Shown: in pieces, positions 39,746 to 49,985 of the stretch | Numbering within the stretch: the stretch's first letter is position 1 | Layout: each line of letters begins with the position of its first letter | DNA from: an uncultured delta proteobacterium | GTDB taxonomy: Bacteria; Desulfobacterota; Binatia; Binatales; Binataceae | DNA: 64,000 bases | Reading direction: 5' to 3' | Assembly: GCA_963765675.1 (NCBI GenBank) | Contig: CAVXXK010000003.1 | Span: 416,001 to 480,000 of the forward strand | The notes under the pieces: model-generated | What the model saw: the letters and a program-made list of their open reading frames with translations, nothing else | The model's database searches: none | Told to the model about the DNA's origin: nothing | Made by a program: the position numbers and the translations under genes

Positions 39746-42483
39746 GCGGCGGTATCCGAACCTCGGAGGCGGCGCGCCGGCCCGCTCCGCGCGGCGAAGA
39801 TTTTTTGCTGCGCGAGTTCGAAGCCACGCGCACTCCCGGTGCGACCGCGCGCGCCTACGTGGCCTCTGTCCGCGAGGAGCTGGGCGAGATTCATTTCAAG
39901 GGCGCCAGCGGCGGCGAGATCGTGCGGCTCTACACCGCGGCAATGGACGATCTGCTGCGCGCGCTGTATCGCTATGCCGACGCCGAGCATGGCCGCCGCT
40001 TTCCCAAGCTCCACCAGCGAATCGCGATCGTCGCGCGCGGCGGTTACGGCCGAAGCGAGCTCAATCCGCAATCCGACGTCGATCTTCTGTTCCTGCACGA
40101 TTACAAGCGCGGCCCGTACGTCGAGATCGTAACCGAGATCATTCTGCACGCGATGTGGGACGCGGGCCTGGTCGTCGGACACGGCGTGCGCACCGCGCGC
40201 GAATGCGTGCGCCTGGCCAACGACGATCTGAAAGAAAAAACCGCGCTGCTCGACGCGCGCTATCTGGGCGGCGACGAGAAACTCTACGCCGATCTCGACA
40301 AGCTCCTAATCGCCGAAGTGCTGAACCGCAACCAGCAGAAGTTTTTCAAAGCCAAGCTCGAAGAGAGCCGCGAACGCCACGCGAAGTACGGCGACTCGAT
40401 CTACCTGCTCGAGCCGCAGCTCAAGGAAGGCGAAGGCGGCCTACGCGATCTTCACACCGCGATGTGGCTGGCGAAGGTCAAGTACAAGGTTCATTCGCTC
40501 GAAGAGCTGGTGCAAAAGGCGGTCATCACCGACGACGAGCGCGCCAGCGTCGTTGAGGCGCGCGATTTCCTGTGGCGCGTGCGCAACTCGCTGCACTTCA
40601 TCAACCATCGCCATTTCGATCAGCTGACCTTCGAGATGCAGGAGCGAATCGAGCCAATGCTCGGAATGGCGCCGCTCGACGGGCAGACCGCGGGCTCGGC
40701 GCTGATGCGCGCGTACTACCAGCATGCGAGCACGATCTATCAATTCGCCGAGGGGCTGATCGCGCGAGTGGTCGAGGGTCCCGCGGCGCGCGGCTTTCTG
40801 CGCCGCACTCCCGTCAGGCAAATTCGGCCCGGCGTGCTGGTGCAGCAGAAGCTGCTCGCGATCGGCGACCCGGATCTGTTCAAAGAAGATCCGCTTAACC
40901 TGATCGCGATCTACGCCGACTGCCAGGCGCAGGACGTCGAGCTCTCGGGCAGCGCCTACCAGCTCGTGCGCGACAACCTGGGTTTGATCGACGACGCGAT
41001 GCGCCATAACCCGGCGACCGGCAAAGCCTTGATGCAGATTCTGTCGCATCGCGGACGCGTCGCCGACACGCTCGAGGCGATGCATCGCGCGGGCGTGCTG
41101 GGCGCGATCATCCCCGAGTTCGGAAATCTCTACGCGCGCGTGCTGCACGACCTTTACCACATCTATACCGTCGATCGTCATTCACTCGCCGCCGTGCGCG
41201 AGCTCGAGCGCCTGCGCGCCGGAGAGTTCAAGGACGCGACTCCTCTGCTGACCGAAGTCGCGCGCGAGCTGGATTGCCTGCCGCTGGTTTTCCTTGCGCT
41301 GCTCCTGCACGACATCGGCAAGGGCCATGGCCATGACCATCACGAGCTCGGCGCGACTCTCACCGCCGAGGTCTCGAACCGCTTGGGACTCGACCCCGAG
41401 GAAATCGATCTGGTGGTGTTCCTGGTGCGCAACCATCTGATGATGTCGCAGGTCGCGCAGAAAGGAGATATCGACGACCAGCGCACGGTGGACGAATTCG
41501 CGCGGCAGGCCGGTTCAATCGATCGCCTGAAGGCGCTGTACCTCTTGACCTACGCCGACATGCGCGCGGTCGCGCCCAAGGTTTACAACAACTGGCGCGA
41601 CATGCTGCTCTCCGATCTCTACATGCGCGCGCTCAAACTGATGGAGCAGCGCGATCGCGAGGCTGTCGATCCCGCGCGGCGGCTGGCAACGGTAAAGAAC
41701 TCGGTGCGCGAGCAGCTCGCGCCGTCTGGCGCGCCCAAAGAGGAGATCGAGGCGTTCCTCGACGAGATGCCCGAGCGCTATTTCTTCACCGTCCCGGAAA
41801 ACGACATCGCGCTGCATTTTGATCTGATGCGCGCGCTCGGCGACCGGCCCGTGGTCACGCGCAATCGCCATTTTCCGGATCTCGAATTCAGCGAATTTAT
41901 CGTGGTGACGCGCGACCGGCCCGGACTGTTCTCGATGATCGCGGGCGCGCTCACCGCGAATAATCTCAACATCCTCTCCGCGCGAATCACCACCCGCGCG
42001 GGCGGAATTGCGCTCGACGTGTTCCGCGTGTCGCATCTGATGGGCGCAGGCGTGATGGCGATGGAGGAAGACCGCTGGCAGCGCGTGCAGCGCGACCTCG
42101 AACGCGCAATCACCGGCGAGCAGGATATCGCGCAGATCGTCGCGGCTGCTCACCATGTGAAAGATGCCGGACGCCGCTTCACCCGCCGCGTCGCGACCGA
42201 AGTCACCCTCGACAATCGCACCTCGGAGCAGTTCACCGTGCTCGACGTGTTCACCCAGGACCGCGTCGGGCTTCTTTTCACGATCACGCACACGCTGTTC
42301 GAGCTCGGGATGCGGATTCATCTGGCGCGCATCTCGACCAATGCCGACCAGGCACTCGACGTTTTTTACGTGAGCGATAGCGACGGCGAAAAGATCACCG
42401 ACCTCGCGCGGATGCGCCTGCTCAAGGAGACGCTCGAGGCGCGGCTGGCCGAAAATCCCGCGCAAGGGAGCGGCACGCCTTGA
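39742..42483 (+). CDS. glnD: [Protein-PII] uridylyltransferase
   Basis: GGYGRSELNPQSDVD, KEGEGGLRD, HIYTVDRH, LHDIGKG, two ACT domains. Confidence 0.96.
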   Translation: MSGGIRTSEAARRPAPRGEDFLLREFEATRTPGATARAYVASVREELGEIHFKGASGGEIVRLYTAAMDDLLRALYRYADAEHGRRFPKLHQRIAIVARGGYGRSELNPQSDVDLLFLHDYKRGPYVEIVTEIILHAMWDAGLVVGHGVRTARECVRLANDDLKEKTALLDARYLGGDEKLYADLDKLLIAEVLNRNQQKFFKAKLEESRERHAKYGDSIYLLEPQLKEGEGGLRDLHTAMWLAKVKYKVHSLEELVQKAVITDDERASVVEARDFLWRVRNSLHFINHRHFDQLTFEMQERIEPMLGMAPLDGQTAGSALMRAYYQHASTIYQFAEGLIARVVEGPAARGFLRRTPVRQIRPGVLVQQKLLAIGDPDLFKEDPLNLIAIYADCQAQDVELSGSAYQLVRDNLGLIDDAMRHNPATGKALMQILSHRGRVADTLEAMHRAGVLGAIIPEFGNLYARVLHDLYHIYTVDRHSLAAVRELERLRAGEFKDATPLLTEVARELDCLPLVFLALLLHDIGKGHGHDHHELGATLTAEVSNRLGLDPEEIDLVVFLVRNHLMMSQVAQKGDIDDQRTVDEFARQAGSIDRLKALYLLTYADMRAVAPKVYNNWRDMLLSDLYMRALKLMEQRDREAVDPARRLATVKNSVREQLAPSGAPKEEIEAFLDEMPERYFFTVPENDIALHFDLMRALGDRPVVTRNRHFPDLEFSEFIVVTRDRPGLFSMIAGALTANNLNILSARITTRAGGIALDVFRVSHLMGAGVMAMEEDRWQRVQRDLERAITGEQDIAQIVAAAHHVKDAGRRFTRRVATEVTLDNRTSEQFTVLDVFTQDRVGLLFTITHTLFELGMRIHLARISTNADQALDVFYVSDSDGEKITDLARMRLLKETLEARLAENPAQGSGTP

Positions 42484-43439
42484 GCGATCTCGCGTGGAAC
42501 GAATTGATCGACGCGCATCTGGATCGGCAGGCGGCCGAGCGCGGTCTCGCGCGCCATTCGCTCGAGGCTTACTCGCGCGACCTGCGCGACTTTCATGATT
42601 TCTGCGATCGGCGCGGCGCCGAGCCGAAAAATCTGGACGCGGCGCTGATTACCGCCTACCTCGAAGACCTGGGCGCGCGCTACGCGGTCGCGACCCAGCG
42701 CCGGCATCTGGCGAGTATCCACGGACTCGCGCGCGAAATGGTCGATCGCAAGATTATCGAACGCGACCCTGCCCCGTCGGTAAAGCTGCGGGCTCATCCG
42801 CGAAAGCTTCCACGCACGCTCACCCGGCGCGACGTCGAGATGCTGATCGATGCGATCGATACCTCGACCACGCGCGGCCTGCGCGACCGCGCGATGCTCG
42901 AGATGGCGTACGGATGCGGCCTGCGCGTCTCGGAGCTGGTGAATATGCAGATGACGCAGATAAATCTGCGCGAGGGCGTGATCGCCGCGTTCGGCAAAGG
43001 CTCGAAGGAGCGGCTCGTTCCGATCGGCGGCGCCGCCACGCGCGCTCTGGCCGCCTATTTGAAACGCCGCGACGCCGAGCTGCGGCAAGCGTCGGAGGGA
43101 AAGCGCAAACGCAGCGCCGCGATGCGCCGGACCAACGCCGTGTTCGTCACGCGCCTTGGACGCGCGATGACCCGGCAGGGATTTTTCAAGGCGCTCAAGC
43201 AGTGGGCGGCTGGCGACCCGCGCACCGCGTGGATCAGTCCGCACACGCTGCGCCATTCGTTCGCGACCCATCTGCTCGAAGGCGGCGCCGACCTGCGTGC
43301 CGTGCAGGAGATGCTCGGGCATAGCGATATCTCGACCACGCAGATCTATACCCATCTGACGCGCTCGCATCTGCGCAAAGTGCATCGCACTTTCCATCCG
43401 CGCGCCACCCGCGAGCAGGCCGCAAAAGGCAGCGACTGA
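42480..43439 (+). CDS. xerD: Tyrosine recombinase XerD
   Basis: GLRVSEL, GKGSKER, HTLRHSFATHLL, LGHSDISTTQIYT; housekeeping context. Confidence 0.9.
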   Translation: MSDLAWNELIDAHLDRQAAERGLARHSLEAYSRDLRDFHDFCDRRGAEPKNLDAALITAYLEDLGARYAVATQRRHLASIHGLAREMVDRKIIERDPAPSVKLRAHPRKLPRTLTRRDVEMLIDAIDTSTTRGLRDRAMLEMAYGCGLRVSELVNMQMTQINLREGVIAAFGKGSKERLVPIGGAATRALAAYLKRRDAELRQASEGKRKRSAAMRRTNAVFVTRLGRAMTRQGFFKALKQWAAGDPRTAWISPHTLRHSFATHLLEGGADLRAVQEMLGHSDISTTQIYTHLTRSHLRKVHRTFHPRATREQAAKGSD

Positions 43440-43440
43440 T

Positions 43441-44103
43441 TTGGGCGATCTGAACGGAACGATCGCGACCATCTGTATCGTCGCGCTGCCGATAATTTTC
43501 GCGATCATCGCGCACGAGGTGATGCACGGCGTGGTCGCGCTCTATCTTGGCGACGACACGGCGTTGCGCGCGGGACGCCTGACGCTCAACCCCATCTCGC
43601 ACGTAGATTTGTTCGGCACGATTATCCTGCCGTTCGCGTTGTACCTGTTCGGATTGCCGGTGCTCGGTTACGCGAAGCCGGTGCCGGTCGATTTTCGCGT
43701 GCTGCGCGGAGGACGAAGCGGGATGCTGAAAGTCGCGGCCGCCGGACCGCTGACCAATTTCGTGCTCGCGATCGCAAGCGGCCTCCTGCTGCGCGCGCTG
43801 CTTGATCGCCTGTATAGTCCCGGCAGTCTCGAAATCGTGCGGCCGCTCGCGATGATGCTGCGAGCTTCGGTGATCGTCAACGTCGAGCTGGGCGTGTTCA
43901 ATCTGTTTCCGCTGTTGCCGCTCGACGGCGGACGCGTGCTGTTCTCGATCCTGCCGATCGGCGCCGCGCGCCTGTATGCACGGACCGAGCGCTATGGCTT
44001 TCTTATCCTGCTGCTGCTCCTATATACCCATTGGATTGACGCCGCGATTGACCCGATCATGAGCGCCGCGATGTATGCGATTTCCTGGATGGTGCAGCTT
44101 TGA
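43441..44103 (+). CDS. Site-2 protease (M50) family protein
   Basis: HEVMH, AAGPLTN, FNLFPLLPLDG. Confidence 0.92.
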   Translation: MGDLNGTIATICIVALPIIFAIIAHEVMHGVVALYLGDDTALRAGRLTLNPISHVDLFGTIILPFALYLFGLPVLGYAKPVPVDFRVLRGGRSGMLKVAAAGPLTNFVLAIASGLLLRALLDRLYSPGSLEIVRPLAMMLRASVIVNVELGVFNLFPLLPLDGGRVLFSILPIGAARLYARTERYGFLILLLLLYTHWIDAAIDPIMSAAMYAISWMVQL

Positions 44104-44870
44104 GCGACGATTCGACCACCGCTCCGCGCCTCGAAGCCGACGGCTCGCCGCGCTTCAAGCTGCCCATCTACGAGGGGCCGCTCGACCTGCTGCTGCATCT
44201 GCTCAAACGCGCCGAGCTTGATCCGCACGACGTCACCGCAAGCGTCATCACCGAACAGTACCTCGCCTACCTCGAGCTCCTGGACCAGCTCAATCTCGAC
44301 GTCGCGGGCGAGTACCTGGTGATGGCGGCGACGCTCTTGCTGATCAAGTCGTTCTCGATGCTGCCGCATCCGGAGCTGGCCGACGCCGAAGAGGCCGAGG
44401 ACTTAAAGCGCGACCTCGTCGCGCGCCTGCTCGAATATCAGCGCTATCGCGAGGCGGCGGAGAAGCTCGGCGAGCGCGCGATCCTCGGGCGCGACGTCTT
44501 CGCTGCTCCGGGCGAGCCGGTTCCCGACGCGGACGCCGATGCGCCCCGCTTCACCGTGTCGATCTTCGATCTGGTCGAGGCGATGGGCGCGGTGCTGAAG
44601 CGAATCGCCGACGCGACCCCGCGCGGAATCGTGCTGCGCGATATACCGGTCGCGCAGTGCATCCCGGCAATTCTCGCCGCGCTCGAAAGCGGACGCAGAA
44701 TCGAATTCACCGCGCTGTTCGCCGATCTGCGCGACCGGCCGATGGTGATCGCGACCTTCATGGCGCTGCTCGAACTGATCCGGCGCGGCGAGATCGCGGC
44801 CTCGCAGGACGATCGCTTCGGACCGATCATGCTCGAGCGCCGCGCCGCGGCGGCCGGACAATCAGCATAA
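44100..44870 (+). CDS. scpA: Segregation/condensation protein A
   Basis: YEGPLDLLLHL, EYLVMAATL, TFMALLEL. Confidence 0.95.
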   Translation: MSDDSTTAPRLEADGSPRFKLPIYEGPLDLLLHLLKRAELDPHDVTASVITEQYLAYLELLDQLNLDVAGEYLVMAATLLLIKSFSMLPHPELADAEEAEDLKRDLVARLLEYQRYREAAEKLGERAILGRDVFAAPGEPVPDADADAPRFTVSIFDLVEAMGAVLKRIADATPRGIVLRDIPVAQCIPAILAALESGRRIEFTALFADLRDRPMVIATFMALLELIRRGEIAASQDDRFGPIMLERRAAAAGQSA

Positions 44871-44891
44871 AAGTTCGGATGGTAGAATCAG

Positions 44892-45563
44892 GTGGAAGAG
44901 GAACGTCTCAAATCAATTCTTGAAAGCCTGCTGTTCGCGGCTGGCGAACCGCTCTCGATTACGCGGATCGCCGCGGTACTCGAAGGCGTGCCCAAAGCGG
45001 AGATCCAGAGTTCGCTCGCGACGCTCGGCGCCGAGTACTCCGCGAACAACCGCGGCCTCGCGATCGAAGAAGTCGCCGGAGGCTTTCAGCTTCGCACGCC
45101 GAAGGAGCACGCGCAGTACGTGCGCCGCCTGCTCGCGGCGCGGCCGCCGCGCCTCAGCCGCCCGCTGCTCGAAACGGTTGCGATCATCGCGTATCGCCAG
45201 CCGATCACGCGCCCCGAAATCGAGCAGTTGCGCGGCGTCGATACGGGCGGCGTGCTCGAAACGCTGCTCGAACGGCGCCTGGTCAAAATCGCGGGCCGCA
45301 AGGAAGCGCCGGGGCGGCCGATGATGTACGCGACCACGCCCGAGTTCCTGGAAGTGTTCGGCCTCAAGGACCTCGAGAGCCTGCCCGACCTGAAGGAATT
45401 CCAGGAAATCGAACGCGCGGTCGAGCAGACCGAAACCGGAAAGGTCGAAAGCATCGAGACCCATCCCGAAGACACCGCCGCGCCGGAATCTCCCGCGACC
45501 GAAACAGACGCCGACACGCCGCCATCGCACGCCGAACCGGAAAAATCGGGCGGAGACAATTAG
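44892..45563 (+). CDS. scpB: SMC-Scp complex subunit ScpB
   Basis: ETVAIIAYRQPITRPEIEQLRGV, GRPMMYATT..FL. Confidence 0.96.
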   Translation: MEEERLKSILESLLFAAGEPLSITRIAAVLEGVPKAEIQSSLATLGAEYSANNRGLAIEEVAGGFQLRTPKEHAQYVRRLLAARPPRLSRPLLETVAIIAYRQPITRPEIEQLRGVDTGGVLETLLERRLVKIAGRKEAPGRPMMYATTPEFLEVFGLKDLESLPDLKEFQEIERAVEQTETGKVESIETHPEDTAAPESPATETDADTPPSHAEPEKSGGDN

Positions 45564-45588
45564 CGGCGAACTCACGAGGACAAATCCT

Positions 45589-46341
45589 ATGGAACGGCTC
45601 AAAGGCAAAGTCGCTTTGATTTCCGGCGGCGCGCGAGGACAAGGTGCCGCTGAAGCGCGCCTGTTCGTTGGCGAAGGCGCCAAGGTCGTAATCGCCGACG
45701 TGCTCGACGACCTGTGCCGCAAGACCGCCGCTCAAATCAACGCCGCCGGTAACTCGAAGTCCGCCATTGCGGTTCATCTCGACGTTACCCGTGCCGCCGA
45801 TTGGCGTGCCGCGGTCGAGACTTGCGAGCGCGAGTTTGGCGGCCTCGACATCCTGGTCAATAATGCCGGAATCGCAAACGTGAAGGGCGTCGAGGAAACC
45901 AGCGAAGAGGAGTGGGATTCCGTCGTCAACATCAACCAGAAGGGCGTATGGCTGGGGATGAAGTCCGCCGTTCCCGCGATGCGCAAGCGCGGCGCCGGCT
46001 CGATTATCAACATCTCCTCGATCTACGGATTGGTCGGCTCCGCCGGATCCACTGCATATCACGGCACCAAGGGCGCGGTTCGCCTGCTATCCAAATCCGC
46101 CGCGGTCCAGTACGCCGCTGACAAGATCCGCGTCAACTCGATTCATCCAGGAATCATCCTCACCCCGATGCTTGGTGTCGCGACCAGGGAAGAGTTGCAG
46201 CCGTTGATCGATGCGACCCCGCTCAAACGCGCCGCCAAGCCCGAGGAGGTCGGATGGTGCGCAGTCTTTCTTGCCAGCGACGAAGCCTCCTTCGTCACCG
46301 GCTCCGAGCTGGTGGTGGACGGCGGCTACACCGCGCACTAG
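45589..46341 (+). CDS. SDR family oxidoreductase (hydroxysteroid/cyclopentanol dehydrogenase-like)
   Basis: SGGARGQG, NNAG, YHGTK, IRVNSIHPG. Confidence 0.92.
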   Translation: MERLKGKVALISGGARGQGAAEARLFVGEGAKVVIADVLDDLCRKTAAQINAAGNSKSAIAVHLDVTRAADWRAAVETCEREFGGLDILVNNAGIANVKGVEETSEEEWDSVVNINQKGVWLGMKSAVPAMRKRGAGSIINISSIYGLVGSAGSTAYHGTKGAVRLLSKSAAVQYAADKIRVNSIHPGIILTPMLGVATREELQPLIDATPLKRAAKPEEVGWCAVFLASDEASFVTGSELVVDGGYTAH

Positions 46342-46403
46342 ATGCTTTCGCGCTGCATGAAAACATGACCAGCGCGCGGCTCTACCCGGCCGCCCGGATA
46401 CGA

Positions 46404-46790
46404 TCAACGCGGCGCCTGAACCACGAATCCCAGCGCGGCCGCAGCCTGCGCCATGCGCTGGTCATACGTAACCAGGACTTCCAGCTCGGCGGCAACCCGT
46501 TGCGCCGCCGCAAGGTGTATCGCGTCCAGCGATCGCAGCACGCGCGCGTCGAGCGTCGCCGCCGTATCCAGCAGAGAATCGTCCACACGGATGAGATGAA
46601 TCCGATCAAGGACCACTCGCGCTCTGCGCAGGACCGCGGGTCCCAAGTGACGAACGGCGCGGGGCACCTCGGTTCTTGCCAGCGAGCACGAGATTCGATC
46701 GCGATGGCTCCTGACGAAGCTGCCAAGCGCCCGCGATTCAGGCTCGCGCACGACCAATTTTACAATTGCGGACGAGTCGAGATAGATCAT
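46404..46790 (-). CDS. vapC: VapC PIN-domain toxin
   Basis: IYLDSSAIVKL, E, LRSLDAIHLA, VTYD. Confidence 0.92.
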   Translation of the reverse strand: MIYLDSSAIVKLVVREPESRALGSFVRSHRDRISCSLARTEVPRAVRHLGPAVLRRARVVLDRIHLIRVDDSLLDTAATLDARVLRSLDAIHLAAAQRVAAELEVLVTYDQRMAQAAAALGFVVQAPR

Positions 46791-46807
46791 CGCGCCGTAT
46801 TGCCTGC

Positions 46808-47083
46808 TCAGCGTTCGTGCCTGCGCATGCGGGCAAGACGTCGCGACGCAGGTTCCTGTCCCTTGGGGACCGGCAGCGGCTCGCCGAGATCCTCCAGATC
46901 CTTGCGCGCGCGCCGCAAGCTGCCGACGCTCTCAAGCAAGCCGATCGTGTCCTTTGCGGCCAGCGGGACCAGTCGAGCGACGGGCCGTCCGCGCTCGGTT
47001 ACTTCGACCGCAACTCCACGGCTGACCTCGCGTACGATCGCGGCGGCGTTCTGTTGCAGCATTCGAATCCCGACCGATTTCAT
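46808..47083 (-). CDS. Phd/YefM-family antitoxin (VapB)
   Basis: MKSVGIRML...VEVTERGRPVARLVP, directly upstream of vapC. Confidence 0.88.
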   Translation of the reverse strand: MKSVGIRMLQQNAAAIVREVSRGVAVEVTERGRPVARLVPLAAKDTIGLLESVGSLRRARKDLEDLGEPLPVPKGQEPASRRLARMRRHER

Positions 47084-47102
47084 GTGCGTCATTGTAGCAC
47101 AT
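47082..47102 (-). promoter_or_regulatory. vapBC operator palindrome overlapping an extended -10 and the start codon
   Basis: ATGTGC-N9-GCACAT; minus strand reads TGcTACAAT, 7 nt, ATG. Confidence 0.65.
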
Positions 47103-47186
47103 CGCGGAAGGTTCGATAAGGGTTGCTCGACGAGTTGGCGGCATGAGAAGTTCCGAATCAATCACTTTCTGGAGGAATAGACTCGG

Positions 47187-47513
47187 ATGATTTATGAGCT
47201 GCGCGTATATCACTGCGTCCCGGGCCGCTTGCCCGCAATCATTAAACGCTTCGATACCATCACCTGCCGGTTGTTCGAGAAGCACGGCATCAAGCAGGTC
47301 GGCTACTGGACGGTCGCGATCGGTGAGTCGAGCTCCGATCTGGTTTACATGCTGCAATGGGAATCGCTGGCCGATCGCGACAAGAAGTTCGCCGCCTTCG
47401 CCGCCGATCCCGAATGGATCGAGGCGCGCGCCAAATCAGAAGCCGACGGCCCGATCGTCGCTTCGATCACCAACAGCATCCTGATGCCGACCTCGTTTTC
47501 CGCGCTGAAGTAA
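47187..47513 (+). CDS. NIPSNAP family protein
   Basis: IYELRVY..PG, FEKHGI, YW, DPEW, PTSFS. Confidence 0.9.
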   Translation: MIYELRVYHCVPGRLPAIIKRFDTITCRLFEKHGIKQVGYWTVAIGESSSDLVYMLQWESLADRDKKFAAFAADPEWIEARAKSEADGPIVASITNSILMPTSFSALK

Positions 47514-47598
47514 GTGCGCGCCGCCGTCGGCGGCGCGCCGGACGACCTGAACGAATCTTGACGGCGAGAAACTTCGCGAATCGCGCCAGGAGGATCTC

Positions 47599-48378
47599 AT
47601 GTCTGAAGTAAACCTTTCACTCGAGGGCAAAGTCGCGCTTATCACCGGCGGCTCCAAAGGCATTTGCCGATCGATCGCGCGCGCGTTCGCGGAACACGGC
47701 GCCGATATCGCGATCGCCGCGCGCGGCCGCGAGGCACTCGAAGCGACTCGCCACGAAATCGAGGCGACCGGACGCCGATGCGTCGCGCTCAGCGCGGATA
47801 TGTCGCACGAGGATCAGTGGGCGCGCATCGTCGACGAAACCGTCGCGGCGCTCGGCGGCGTCGATATCCTCGTCTATGGCGCCGCGGCGGCCGAAAAATA
47901 TGCTCCGATAACCAAATCCACCAGCGCCGGATGGGACCTCGTGATGCGCGTGAACCTGAAGGCGGCCTTCATGGTTTCCAAACTGTGCCATCCGCATATG
48001 AAGAAACGTGGCGGCGGATCGATCATCCACATCACCTCGAACGAATGCCTGCGCCCGTCGTTCGGATTGGGGAGCTATTCCATCAGCAAGGGCGCGATGG
48101 TGACGATGATGCAGGTGTGCGCCAAGGAATGGGCTGCCGATCAGATTCGCGTGAACTGTATCGCGCCCGGCCTGGTGCGAACCGAGCTGGCCGAGCCGCT
48201 GGTCAAGATGGTCGAGAAGAGCGGCCGCTATCCAAATCCGCTAAAGCGCATCGGCGAGCCGAACGAGATCGCAGGCATCGCGCTGTATCTCGCGAGTCCC
48301 GCCGGAGCCTACGCCACCGGCCAGACGTTCGTTATCGATGGCGGCGAGTTGGTCTATGCTCCGCTCGATATTCAATGA
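47599..48378 (+). CDS. SDR family oxidoreductase
   Basis: TGGSKGI, YSISK, IRVNCIAPG. Confidence 0.9.
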   Translation: MSEVNLSLEGKVALITGGSKGICRSIARAFAEHGADIAIAARGREALEATRHEIEATGRRCVALSADMSHEDQWARIVDETVAALGGVDILVYGAAAAEKYAPITKSTSAGWDLVMRVNLKAAFMVSKLCHPHMKKRGGGSIIHITSNECLRPSFGLGSYSISKGAMVTMMQVCAKEWAADQIRVNCIAPGLVRTELAEPLVKMVEKSGRYPNPLKRIGEPNEIAGIALYLASPAGAYATGQTFVIDGGELVYAPLDIQ

Positions 48379-48411
48379 ACGACGAGTTCGAGATTCCCGC
48401 GGGCGTCCCGG

Positions 48412-49728
48412 ATGAAGCCAAAGTGGATGTCCGAGCGAGTCTTCTCGCCGCGCCGATGGTTGACTATCGATTACGCGCCGCATCCCGACGAGCGTTCGTT
48501 TCTGGAGCGGGCCGAGACTCGCCGCGAGGGTGAGGTTGCGATCACCGTCGCGGTGCCGAGCGACCGCGAGAGCGAGCGGATTTTCGGCGTTCGGCTGGCG
48601 CGCCACCATCTGCAGGCGGTCTGGCTGCAAGTAGTAAATGGCGGCGGAGAATCGTTGTGGCTGGATCGGATCCAGCTAGACCCCGACTACTACACTCCGC
48701 TCGAGGCTGCGCGCCTCGCACATTTTCGCATGGGCACTCGTCTCGTAGCGTTCGGGGTGCTCGGATGGCTGTTCCTTCCGCTCCTGCCGCTAATCCCGCT
48801 GAAACTTTTTTCCGCTCGCCGCGCGAATTGCCGCATGAACGATCTCTTTCGCACCTCGGGATTCCCAACCGGGGTGATCGAACCCGGGAAAACGCTAAGC
48901 GGTTTCCTCTTCACCCGGCTGGACGAAGGCGTGAAACGAATCGACCTACGGATGCTCGGCCGCAGCCACACCATCGACTGCCAGTTCACAATCGAAGTGC
49001 CGGGACTGGCCCTGCTCGAGCCGGCACACGAAACGGAACCGTCCGCCGACACCAAGGACCTCGACGAGGCCGCCCTTCAAGCCTGGATTGAGCGGCAGCC
49101 GCGATCGACGAGCAACGCGCTCGGGACCATCGACGGTGACCCGCTCAATCTGGTTCTTGTGGGCGACCGCGCTTGCATCCAGGAATGCCTCTCCACGTGG
49201 GACGAGACTGAGTCGATCACGCTCGGCACTTCGTGGAAAACCGCGAAGGCCTTTCTGCTCGAGTCGCAATACCGCTACTCCCCGGTGAGCCCGCTCTATC
49301 TCGGCGGACGCGTGGAGGATTTCGCGCTCCAACGCGCCCGCGCGAACCTCAACCAGCGCCTGCATCTGCGGCTCTGGAGCACCAAGATTCGCTACGCCGG
49401 CCAACCAGTCTGGATCGGCCAAGTCAGCCGCGATATCGGCGTGCGCTTCACGCTAAAAACCTGGAACCTGACGACGCATCAGATCGATCCCAACGTCGAC
49501 GAAGCCCGCGACTACGTTCTCGACGATCTCCTCGCCTCCCGCCGCGTCTCCCGCCTGGGCTTCGCTCCCGGCGTCGACCCAGCCCCCGCGACGTCTCCAC
49601 GCCACAACCTCACGGGCGACCCCTACTTCACCGACGGCCTGCGAGCCTTCGCCATCCTATCCAAAACCCGCACAACCCCCGCCCTCCTATCCTGGCTCGC
49701 GCCAACGTCACCGAAGCCGCCGCCCTGA
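48412..49728 (+). CDS. LssY C-terminal domain-containing protein
   Basis: GDPLNLVLVG, YSPVSPLY, RLHLRLW, WIGQVSRDIG, THQIDPNVDEARD, GDPYFTDG. Confidence 0.8.
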   Translation: MKPKWMSERVFSPRRWLTIDYAPHPDERSFLERAETRREGEVAITVAVPSDRESERIFGVRLARHHLQAVWLQVVNGGGESLWLDRIQLDPDYYTPLEAARLAHFRMGTRLVAFGVLGWLFLPLLPLIPLKLFSARRANCRMNDLFRTSGFPTGVIEPGKTLSGFLFTRLDEGVKRIDLRMLGRSHTIDCQFTIEVPGLALLEPAHETEPSADTKDLDEAALQAWIERQPRSTSNALGTIDGDPLNLVLVGDRACIQECLSTWDETESITLGTSWKTAKAFLLESQYRYSPVSPLYLGGRVEDFALQRARANLNQRLHLRLWSTKIRYAGQPVWIGQVSRDIGVRFTLKTWNLTTHQIDPNVDEARDYVLDDLLASRRVSRLGFAPGVDPAPATSPRHNLTGDPYFTDGLRAFAILSKTRTTPALLSWLAPTSPKPPP

Positions 49729-49985
49729 AACACGCAAAGCTACGCCCACAAGTTGAGCAGCCCGGCTCCGCGTTAGCGCCACACCCTACCGATCGTCAAG
49801 TCTTTTCTACCGGATTTGTCAAAGGCCCGAACTGTTCGGCGAATATGCGAACTCAATTCCTGCGAAGGGTCTAGTCAAGCTGGCTCTGATAGACCAGCTT
49901 TTTCGTCTAAGTAGGGAGGTATGAACGACGACTTCCAGCTTGTTCGCCAGTTTAGTGGAGTGGTGTTTTGGTTTTACTCGTGATC

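Noticed and set aside
42480-43439. Tyrosine recombinase as a prophage or island integrase
   Set aside because: XerD-type motifs, translationally coupled within a housekeeping operon, no att sites or cargo
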